Shown here piece after piece: positions 12,765-23,449 of a stretch of 64,000 nucleotides of DNA. The position numbers and the translations under genes are program-made. The notes under the pieces are model-generated. The model was given only the letters and a program-made list of their open reading frames with translations, made no database searches and was not told where the DNA came from. Origin of the DNA: Psammoneis japonica (lineage: Eukaryota). The DNA is taken from the NCBI GenBank assembly GCA_008632985.1, contig QPGO01000182.1:1-64000 (forward strand), read 5' to 3'. How positions within the stretch are numbered: position 1 is the first letter of the stretch; every line of letters starts with the position of its first letter.

Positions 12765-13108
12765 GGTGTTGCTGGTGAGGCTCACTTTGCCAGCTGGAGA
12801 TGAAGAGGGCTCGTAAAATCCCGATCACCTTGTTGCTGATCTCAACTTGAGCACGGTCGCTAATGAGTTTGGATGGGGCACCATGCTCACGGATCTGATC
12901 CTCGAGTGTGTTGACAAACTCCTTGTCCGTCTTGGTGGTGTTGCTGGTGAGGCTCACTTTGCCAGCTGGAGATGAAGAGGGCTCGTAGAATCCCGATCAC
13001 CTTGTTGCTGATCTCAACTTGAGCACGGTCGCTAATGAGTTTGGATGGGGCACCATGCTCATGGATCTGATCCTCGAGTGTGTTGACAAACTCCTTGTCC
13101 GTCTTGGT
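12765..13108. repeat. 172-bp tandem duplication within the Copia integrase
   Basis: 12765-12936 and 12937-13108 differ at only two positions by eye; TKTDKEFVNTLEDQI...SEPHQQH is encoded twice. Confidence 0.9.
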
Positions 13109-16100
13109 GCCACAGACGTCAGTGACGGTAGACTCGGTGCCAACAAACAGTTGGGCACTGGTGCAACCAGAGTCGACGGCCGGGGTGTCGGCACAAATGG
13201 TGTCAGTGGCAACAGGCTCGTTGCGGCGGTGCACATTAAGGGCGGGGTTGGGTGATTTGCAGGCCTTCCTAAGGTGTGCGCCGGCGGGCATGCGGACGCA
13301 CTGCGTGGTGCAGTCAAAAGTACGACGGACCGCATCGGCAGGCAGGAAGCCAAAGTGAGGCCGAAGAGACTCGAAAGGGGGGGTCCTTGGGCTGCACAGT
13401 GCGCTCCGGGGGCGGCACGTCGTCGTCCTTGGGGTCAATCGCGTGCAGATGACACTCGTAGAATGCGTCGTCGTTTGGAATGAGGTGATCATCGAGGGCG
13501 GACGTGTGATCGGCAGACAAGGAAGTGGACATGATGGTCTCGTTGACAACGACACGATGACGGCAGTTGCCGCATTCGTCAAATGGGTTGGCAGTGGGAT
13601 CGTCCTGCAGGTCAGAGATCGCGTCGCACCACTGGTCGTCGTCAGTGGCAGAGTGATCGAGGACGGAAGGATCCCATGTGTCATCACCGGTGAGGATGAC
13701 ATGGGGCAGGGTGTCCCATTTGGCATCAGTGCAAGGTCGCATGGCAACACAAGGCAGGCCGCCCTTGATGTCAATGGGGATGACATGGCCATCAGGAGTG
13801 GCAATGCGTTGCAAGCCGTTGGGCACCTTGACAGAGCGATCGTTGACATCCTGTTTGTGCCACTCGAGCTGGCCGCAGGAATGGATGGTCTTGCCCTTGC
13901 CCGTGCATGCGTGCTGATGGAGGATGGCGACGACGGGACCACGCTGGGTCTCAATGACGGCACCCACGGTGACAACAGGGATGTCCACCAATTGATGGTC
14001 GTCAATGCCCTGAACGTCGACTTTGCGAGAGGTGCATGCAATGACGCAAACGTTGTCATCAGCAATGCCGCCGTTGGCCCCACGATCGACTGGAGCACCA
14101 GTGCGTGTGGAGCGATGAGCAGAGGCAGAGCAAATGACATTGTGGTTGTTGACGCGACGGCAAGTGCGGCCGTTAAGTTCCACGTCATCGGCAGAAGCTG
14201 GCGGGGTAGAGGGAGCGGCGGATGGCCCCGGTCGACTGGCGTTGGGGGCTTGGTTAGGAGACAACAGATGTTGCAGATCACCGGGTGGCAGTGGCTTGCG
14301 CTTGGTGAGGTGCGCCAGGATGGGATCATCCGAAGTGGCATCCACACTTGGAGCGGAGTCACCAGAGTCAGCAGGAGTCGTGTTGGACAAGTTGACATCA
14401 CCGTCACTCCCAAGGCATTGGTCGTGAAGGTTGGCCGCAATGGACTCATGGCAGTTGCTGGCTTGCGGGTTGCGGGGAGGCGGACGAGAATGCTCAAGGA
14501 TGATCGCCTTGGAGGAATGGGGCAACGAATCCCAAATCCGTTGGTGGTCGGGAGGGAGACGTTTCCATTGGTCGCCGGTGAGGCTGGGACCACGGGCGCA
14601 GGCAGCATTGGCCTGAAGGACGTCAATGTCGCTGTCAATGTCGCAGAACACATCGTCGGACGGTTCCTCGGAGTGGACATCGTGTGCGCATGTGGCACGT
14701 CGGGGAGCTCGAGGTGTCATCTTGGGTTGAAACGTGCTGTCGCATTGAGCCGCTGCGGAGAGGAGCAAGCCACAGCATTGATCGCATGTGAGGCTCTTGC
14801 CACTCTGCGTGCGATGCTGATCAGCTTGGCTCTTGACAGCACGGAGTTCCTCGACAGGGTGTGCGGCATTCTCGAGCATGGCGTGCTTCTGTCCTTCAGA
14901 GAAGTGGTCACTGGCTGGGATGAGTGCCTTGCACTTGCGCAGCTGATCTTGCCAATGAAGGATGAACCCGTGGGTCGGACCTTTCCAAGTGCCATCACCA
15001 AGACGTGTGGTGGTGAGGTGCGTGAGCAAGGTGGAGGACTCAACAGATGCGTGGGTGGAGGCGAGCGCATGCTCAGACAAGGCACGGTGGACGGTCTGGG
15101 CATCAGAAGACCCCACATTTTTGCGAATGAGAGCCTTGCCCTTGTCGGTGAGAAGAATGCGTTCAAAGACGGCGAACATGTGCTTTTGCTGTTCAGCAAA
15201 GAGCAGTTTGTCTTCGGGGCTGGTCGGTTTGTAAGACGAGTCTAGAATGCACTCAACGTCTTGGGCACGGGCTTGTGCCACAAGTGAGGTGTGCCAAGTG
15301 TGCCACTGCTTGTCGGATTTGAGAGCCGTGAAAGCGGTGGGGTCACGCTTGATGCCTTGCTTGAAGTCTCACACCGGGTCGCGTGCCTTGGTCGGGTTGG
15401 TGACATGCGGAGGTGCGAGGGGTGAGCTGCCGACGGACACAGAAGACATGTGGTTGGGGCTGAGGCGGCAGGCAAGGAACTCGTCATGCGCGAACAATGA
15501 GGAGTCATTGGCAACGTCAAGACCTTCATGTGCTTTGACAATGTGCAGACCAATTAGAGCTGCTAACATGTTCTTATAACCGCGGGGCAAAGGGATCACA
15601 TTGGTGCCGTTGTTGCACTCAAGTGAGTCGATTTGGGACGGCATGAACGCGAACAGTTCTTGATGCGAGTCCATGCCGTCTTGGGTCAAAGCCAAATGAA
15701 GAGGGCTCCCAGCACCTTGGGCAAGCACGGTTCCAACAACGTGCTCGAAACCATCGGTTTGTTGCTGACGAGTGAGAACCATGGTAGACAAAAGTGGTGT
15801 CAGGACAAGCAATTCTTGTTGGGAAGCGAAGGTGGACTTGAAACTTGGGTGAGAATGGACTTGACTTGAAACAGACTTGACTTGAAACCTTGAACTGCCT
15901 TAAAATCAGAAGTCGCCGGGCTGTGCCATCCCGTTCGTTGTCAAGTGCTAAACTTCCCATCTGGTCCGTAGAGTTGTGCCGGCACGTCCGAACCCGCAGC
16001 TGGCGGTGCTTTGGGTTGCTTACGAGCGGAGCAGCGGGTTGTAAACCCCTGCAGGTGAGCTGACCAGAGGTGGACAAGACCCCCGAACCGTTCTCATTTT

Positions 16101-16720
16101 ATGTCGGTTGGATTTCCCGATCAGGCTGGCCAGTTGACGCAGGCGCCAGGCGCTGTGGACGAACGAACAAACGCGGGAAAGCACCCTCGCCCCAACGTAG
16201 GCTGCAATCACGGCCACTTGCTCTCACAGTCGTCCTCGTGGACCTGGCAGAACTGTGGAGCACCAGTGGTCCGGGGTGGATCAGGCACAATGGACTCGGT
16301 GTGCTTGCAGAGTGGCAGCAAAACTGCAGTCCGAAGAGTGGGTGCAAGTTCTTGGCCGTGAAGATGTGTGTGTGCACACATGTCTTCAGCAGACAAAGAT
16401 CCTTGAACATGTGGGGTTCTTGACCGTCAACCGATGAATGGGCACATCAAGGGATGAGGATCAAGGATGGACTTGGATGTGACCGTTGATGCATGTCTTC
16501 AGCAATCAAAGGCAGCACAATCAATCCAGACATCCAGCGGCAAGGAGACTTGACGGTGACGTTAAATTCCTGCCGATGCCTGGCATTGAATGCGCGCAGA
16601 CTTGCCGATGCATGTAGAGTGCACACGGAGGTCCACGCAGAATTGAGGTGGCGTCGTCGGTAAATCAACAACAACGATGGCGGTTGCTCAATGGGTTGAC
16701 AATGAGCAAGACTGTCAATC

Positions 16721-16996
16721 TGACAGAAATTGAAGGCAAATGGCAAGAATTCAAACAATGACTCCTCACTGCTGTCTGGATGGCAGATGAGTCTCCGCTC
16801 AGAGACCGTCACAGGAGCCAAAAGACGTGCAAGTCGGCACAATCGGGCTGCTGTTGTTGTTCTTGTGAGCCTTGTGGCTTGAAAGCAAACTGCATCGCAC
16901 GCGAACGCGCGGAACTAAAGCACACAAAACTGTGCGTGGCAAACTGAACAGCGTGCGACATTTCGCGCGCACCCAAATCCTGTTCAAATCCTGTCA
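16721..16996 (-). repeat. 5' LTR of Copia element
   Basis: Ungapped direct repeat of 9322-9597. Confidence 0.95.
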
Positions 16997-17923
16997 CAGG
17001 CAGGCCTGGAGGAGAGCAACAAGGGGCTTTGGGTGCAGCAACATCAGCGGTGATGCCATGTCACACTCCAACTCTTCATCCACCAACCATGGGCTGGATT
17101 TTTGGCACCCGCTGAGAGAGCAAAAGCTGGTGGTCGTGTGAAGGCAAGCCGTGTGTGCAATCAACAAAATGGTGTTGTGAATGTGCAAAAGTCTCGCCAC
17201 TTGTTGTCTCGCTCAATTGCCGTGCAGATGCAGCCAACTCACACTGTCAATCCTCCGACAAATCCAATGTCATGGTTTCATGTCGTCAAACCCACTTTGG
17301 CAATGCCAATGACAAGAGGAGCATTTTTCAAGACTTTGACAAAGCAGCTCCAATGTGAGCAGCCAAGTGTTTTTGAGTGGGAGAGGGCAGGGCGTGGGGC
17401 GGATTTTGGAGTGAAAACGCAGAGTGAAGCTGGTGTGCTGTTCAAAAGAAGCAGTCAAACAACGTTCACAAAGTTGCACATTGATGATGCTCTCCTGCAG
17501 AACAACAAATTCAGGCAATGGAAGTGCCCCCTTGCTGCTTGCACATTCGCACTGTAGTCTACTACCTACCGTACCATACACAGTGTGTATGAATAGAGAG
17601 GTCGCGCGAAGACGATGCATCAGAACACACCATCACCCGTCGCCAGTCGGTCACGCAGTCACCACCGAATCCACCAAGCACGTTGCACTGTCGTAGACTT
17701 CAGAGCACGAAAGCGAAGCCATGCCACTCCCTCTGCTGAAGTGCCCTCTGACACTGTTTTCTACTGTCTGTGATTGATCTGCCGACATTCAAGTGTACCA
17801 GCACTGGTGCCGTCCGACACGACTTCAATTCAATTCAATCCTATACATTACACAACTACTTTCAGCTGCTGCTGCCCAGTGGGGGCTTTGAATCGCCTGA
17901 ACTTTCCTTCAATCCACGAGCGA

Positions 17924-20707
17924 ATGAACTCGATGCTTGTTCTTCTGCTGCTGCTCTTTGCCAATTGTCTCCAACACGTCAACGCAGCAGTTTCCTGCAA
18001 CACATCAGAAGCATGTGAAGAATTACTGTACCCCGGTTCCGAGTGTTCTGAGGGTTTCTGTACCAATCCGTACACTAAGGGTGGCTGCTTGGCCAATCGA
18101 GTGCCTGGATGGAAGAAGATACGAGTCTGCAGCAGCGACGACCCACCGATTGCGGCCTCCTTGGGCCATTGTCGTGAACCCTATCAAGGACTAGAATATA
18201 CAGAAATTCGATTGGCTGGACAAAATTGGGAAAGTGCATTTTTCATTGCATGGATTCAACAAATTATTCTTTCCGAGCTACTCGATGTCCCCACGAGCCT
18301 CGAGTCGGGTGAAGCGGGGAAAAAGATTAACTTTTATGACCCAGAGAATGCGTTAGATTATGGCATTGCCTACCCATGGGATGGGCTGGCAACAGCGACA
18401 AGAGTCAAGGATTGTCGTGCAGTCGACAATAGCAATAGCGAAAACTATGAAGTGTGCGCGCACGTCATGTCCGAAGTTTGGCACAATCGAAGGAACAAAG
18501 TGGAAGAACTAGAAGAGGCTGGTGTGATTGAGCCCTTTCAATTTCTCGGTGTGTTTGCCAAGGCAGGATGGTACATTCCTCGCTTCACGGGCAAGCGTGA
18601 TCCGACATTGCTTACGTATTTGGGTCTCAAGGGAGAAGAGAACCGAAGAAAGCTTGCCGAGACTTTCTTGACACCGACAACGTGGTCCGAGTACTGTAAT
18701 GAAGTGTCGGCTGATAATTGTACGGAAACCAACAATGTCACGGCTCGAGCACCGAGAAACAACGAAGAAGGTGAAATGTACTTTTCCGAGGGCCTGTACA
18801 CTGGTCATTTCCGAGCTACAGCTGAAAATGACTGCGATGCCAACCCTACCACCTGCCATGGACACTTTGCAGACTATCCGTGCGGTTGGAGCACAGTCTT
18901 TCAAGCTCAGGCATACCACAATAATATTGCGCTCAACACGACTGGTGACGAACCGTTTGGTTCCGGATACTCCTATCCGAGATTGATTGAAGTATGGTAC
19001 GCGGCAAATGCTACAAAGTCAGATGTCATTATGCATTGGTGGCAACCTGAAGCACTCTACCAGCTCTTTCTTGGAACCGATGCTGAGTTTCAGAAGGTGG
19101 ACTTGCCACCCGCGACACTGGAATGTCTGCAGTCACGAGTCGATATCGACTTGGTTCGATGCTCGGGTGACTTTGTCGAAGAGCAAGGCAGTCCAGAGGG
19201 TGCATGCGATGATCCAGATCAAGCACTGATGAAGCTCATTAGTGCTGGTTTGTACGAGAAAATCAACGATCCGTCAATACCGGAGGCAAGACGAAGTCCG
19301 GGATATGATTTGTGAATGACTTTAGCATCGAATCTTTGCAGCTGGATCAGATTTTTTATCTTTGGCTGAGCCGATCTGGTAAGTTTGTCAAGCATCGTTG
19401 TGTTAAGTAGCTTTGCGTCTCTAATGTCGTCGCCGTTTTCGTTTGATGCAGTCGATCGGTACGGCTTTGCCCCTCGCGACGCCCTTTGCCAATGGGTTTC
19501 CGATAATCTTGATTTCATTCAGTCCTTTGTCCCACGGACTTATCCGAGAGCTATAAAAGAAGACCAACAATTCGACCCGCTCAGCTACACCTCGTTGGCA
19601 TTGGGTATTGTCGCCGTGGTGCTTGTGTGCTTCTCATGTGCGGCAACATATGGAAAGCGCGAAAAGATGCTCGTTCGCCATGCTCAGCTCGACTTTATGT
19701 TTCTGTTGTTGGCCGGACTCCTCCTTGTTTCGATTGCCTCAGTTATAAGTGCACTTTCAGATACCGATGCTGAATGCGTGTCTGTTGCCTGGTTGATAAA
19801 TGTTGGATACACGTTGGAACTTGTCCCTTTGATTATCAAGGTATACGCAATAAATCGCTTGACACAGGCTGCAAAGCATTTCCGAAGAATTGAACTGAAA
19901 CGGGTGACATTGTTTGGCGCAGTCTTTTTACTAACTGCTCTCACAATCATCTTCATGATTATCTGGACAGTGGTTGACCCTCCGCATATTGCATCGCGGT
20001 ACCTCTTGACAGACGAGGTAAACGATGCCGGCGAGACTATTGTCTCTGTCAGCTACTATTGTCGCTCTGATTCTGAGGCTTGGGGCTTTGTTAGTCTCGG
20101 AAGCCAAGGCTTTCTGCTGTTTGTTGCAAGTGTGCTGGCCTTCCAGATGAGAAATCTGAGACACGAGCTCAACGAGTCGCATTCTTTGGCCATCTTGATC
20201 TACTCCCATTTCATCTTTTGGGTTTTGAGGCTTGTGTCATTCGCTTGGCTCGAGAATAGTGACTTTGCTTCCGCCGTTCCTGGTATTTACAGCCTCATCC
20301 TTGGAGTCGATTCCATTGCTTCGATATGCATCTATTTTCTGCCCAAATTTTTCCTCAAAGATGAGGTGGCACGGTCAGCGACTTTCTTTGATACTGGCAT
20401 GCCCACACCCATGACGCACGCACAAGGCGATAATGGCACGGTCCCAAGCCCGCCACTTTCAGCCACGGGAGTTGCATCACTAGAAATCGCCGATGCGGGT
20501 AGTGATGACAATAAGGCCGGGTTTGACGAATTGCATGGAGCCGAGTTTGTCCGGTACGAAGGTAGTTGTCCTCACTGCGGCTGTGAGATCGAACAGGACT
20601 TGTTGCGTTCAGAACTTGAGGTTTCTGCCGACATGATGATTCCCTTGAAGGGTGCGTCATCGGATGGTAAAAAATTCGTGGAGATAGAACCAGTCGCGGC
20701 AGGATGA
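17924..20707 (+). CDS. Class C (7tm_3 / GABA-B-like) GPCR with large Cys-rich extracellular domain; intron 19379-19451; apparent 1-nt frameshift at ~19310
   Basis: Signal peptide; NWESAFFIAWIQQIILSELL periplasmic-binding-like segment; 7 TMs with WLINVGYTL, WTVVDPP, CRS and LNES motifs. Confidence 0.75.
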
Positions 20708-21641
20708 CACGACCTATCGTGAAACAAGTTGCATGTTCAGCAGAAAGTCAGACTGTGATGAATCTATGCCTACATGCGACCATTGCATTCTTTTTTTCAC
20801 GAAGTGATTGTTCTGCGTTTCGAGAGTGGGTTGGTTGCTGCTGGGAAGTCAGGTCGGGCGATTTGGATTCAGGATGAGGATCGCGTCAGAGGTTGGGGCT
20901 TTGAACTTTCGAAGCCTGGAAAGCCGGAGAGGAGTGGGCTTGTGACTGACAGAGTTAGTGGACCAGGTGCAGAATGGCATAGTTCCTTTATGCACCTGCA
21001 TCGGGTCGGTCCGAATCTCTCACTGTAATGCCAAATGGCTTCATTAGAAAGCTCATTGCCATATCTGAACTCTACAGGAAGGGACCGGGGATTGCTCGTA
21101 TATTCTAAGTAACGTCGTAGTAGGTTTTATGTTTCCCATAATGGTACTGTGAGAAAAAGTAATCATGGCACTGCACTCACTTTAGCTTCGAGAATCCTCT
21201 CCAAAAGCGATACTGGCTCAAAATATCTGATATTAAATTACTTGAGATACTAAACAATAATTAAGCCTGAGATTATACTCTTCTATGATAGTACCAAGTC
21301 CTTTCTGGTGTCTTTCCCAATACGTTAAAATCAATCTTGAAGCAGAAGGCCATTGCGATGACGATGATTCATGCGGATTTACGGCTACTATAATAATATT
21401 CAGTACGGATTATTTCATATAACGATCACATCCGTTGACGTCCATTTCCCAGAAATCATCGCCACATCCACCGCACACACAACATTCACAACGATGCACG
21501 TTGAAGAACAGCGCAGCGAACGAGAACCCTCGTCTCTGCATGTGCTGGTTCTCATGTTGTAGAGTAACGTCCAACGTGATACAGTAATCCTCATTGGCGT
21601 GACCTTACTACAGAGTATTGGTACGAATTGCTTAATCCGTC

Positions 21642-23188
21642 ATGATGGAAGAGACAAAAAAGAAGGTGACTTTTCTGCCCGATCAATACAGTCGATCAAG
21701 AACATGTAAAACTGTAAGTCTCGACGACGATTACGATGATGCAGGCACTACCTGTCTTGACGAGAACACCTCGAAGGAGGATCGCGAAGCAGATAACCCG
21801 CAAGATCGTAGAAAGCAACTGACTCAAATGAAACCTTCATCCTCTAAGAATGAGCAACAAAATACGTCAGAAGGGGAACAAGCTGCGATCATCATACCCC
21901 GAGAAATGCTGAGACACGCGAGTAATAGCACTATGTGTAGCGACGATGACAATGCTACAGCACCTTCTTTCTCACTGGGCGATCCTCTTCATAATGATAC
22001 TTCAGTAATTGGCCGTTGGCGTAACCAAGTAGGCGCCTTCATCAATTGTCGGGTGTGCAAGTGGACATTAATGGGCATGATCTTCGTCAATGCCGCAATA
22101 CTTGGGGCCCTCACCTTTCTGTATGACAACGCAGAAGCTTCTAGAGTATTGGAGCGCATAGACTTGGTGTTCCTTGTCATTTTCACTTTTGAGACTACGC
22201 TTCAGGCGTTCTACTTGGGCCCCATACGCTACTTGAAAAACCTCTGGCTGTTGTGGGATTTCATCATTATCACTCTATCTTGGGCTTTCTTGTCGGTACC
22301 GTCCATTTCTGTTATGAGATCCTTCCGAATATTTCGGTTGTTTTTTCTTTTTTCGAGAGCTAAGTCTATGAGGCATCTTGTGGAAGCGGTCGGTCGGACC
22401 CTGCCAAAGATGGCGTCAATCTGGGTTGCCCTTCTGCTGTTCTTTTACACCTTCTGCGTTCTCTTCACGGTAAGCACTATCCAATGTCCTTCTCCATTCC
22501 AGATTTCAAACTTCTATAATTACTCACATCTCTGTTCTTAAAGGATCTTTACCATGAGCTATACGATGAAGACTACTTGGACTACGACTACTTTGGAAGA
22601 TTGGATCGCACCTTTCTGACACTCTTCCAATTCATGACGTTGGATTCTTGGTCAGATGTGGTCCGTCAAGTTCAGGAAGCACGTCCTGCCGCCTTGATTG
22701 GTTTCTGTATTTGGATCATTATTACGGCCTTTTTCGTCATGAACCTCATGGTGGCCGTCATTTGCGAATCTTTGATAGAACTTAACAACATGAGAGACAA
22801 GAAGAGACAGAACAAAATGCTCCGTCATCAACGTAACTTGATTTCGGCACAGACGCAGGAGTTATTGGAAGAAACCCATGAAGTTGTTAAGCTACAGAAA
22901 GAGTTGTTAGCAAATCAGGTGGTGATGCAAAAGCTATTGGTGCAAATTGCTACTCAGATGTCGCGGCAAGACAACCACGAGATATCGTTGAATGCTAAAG
23001 ATAGCACGTCTCGTGGGAAGGGGGCCCTTTCAACACTTCTATCCGAAATCTCCGACACTAGTGATACCGAGCGCCATCTTCCATGCGATGAGCCACCCGA
23101 CCTTTCACTTGACGAACCACCAGAAGTCCTAAATCCCGAGGGCATGATGTTCTATACAAGACCGGCTTTACAATTTTCTCGAAAGTGA
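21642..23188 (+). CDS. Single-domain voltage-gated cation channel, EukCatA-like, paralogue 2 (intron 22470-22543)
   Basis: Same architecture and intron position as 7013-8514; pore TLDSWSD. Confidence 0.85.
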
Positions 23189-23449
23189 GCCGACGCCATT
23201 TTCAAAAAAGAAATGGTACAGTCTTAAAGCCAGCAATGAAATTTTAATCTCAAGGGGTAACAACACCTTGGCCTATCATAGCGTTCCTCGGTTCAGCATC
23301 TTCTCCTGTACATTTCACGTCAACACCGGACACGTTTTGACCCAATGACTCCAAAGTGAAAATCTATTTAAATGCTCAAACTTGAAAACTTTCGCGTGAC
23401 AGTTTTCGCCCTCCAGAGACCGCGGATAACACAAAAAATTGTGAATGTA

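Larger units (their letters stand above)
9610..15782 (-). pseudogene. Copia gag-pol pseudogene
   Basis: Protease VDRGANGG; integrase ATDTICADT, LISDRAQVE, SEPHQQHQNFAER; RT KHDGRHKARL, KALCGL, HVDDL; RNase H ETATCGSEF, GDNKSVV, NPADILSKHWG; frameshifts, MITE insertion and internal duplication. Confidence 0.9.
9322..16996 (-). mobile_element. Full-length Ty1/Copia (CoDi-like) LTR retrotransposon, mutationally inactivated
   Basis: 276-bp LTRs with TG...CA ends, 5-bp TSD CAGGC (9317-9321, 16997-17001), PPT GGGGAG next to the 3' LTR, domain order gag-PR-IN-RT-RH. Confidence 0.95.
8812..17553. repeat. TpA-depleted repeat domain: unidentified degenerate repeat with a nested Copia element and MITE
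   Basis: TpA nearly absent from ~8812 to ~17553 except inside the 12048-12437 MITE; flanks of the Copia (8812-9321, 16997-17553) share the composition; boundaries approximate. Confidence 0.7.

Noticed and set aside
13443..15245. 600-aa plus-strand ORF and 603-aa alternative minus-frame ORF inside the Copia
   Set aside because: Shadow frames of gag-pol left open by loss of TA-containing stops; only the integrase-matching end of the minus-frame ORF is real pol sequence.
8812..17553. Alternative genetic code or horizontally acquired DNA as the explanation for Tyr loss
   Set aside because: TpA loss occurs in all frames and in non-coding LTRs, and paired repeats differ at those sites, so it is mutational and post-insertion.
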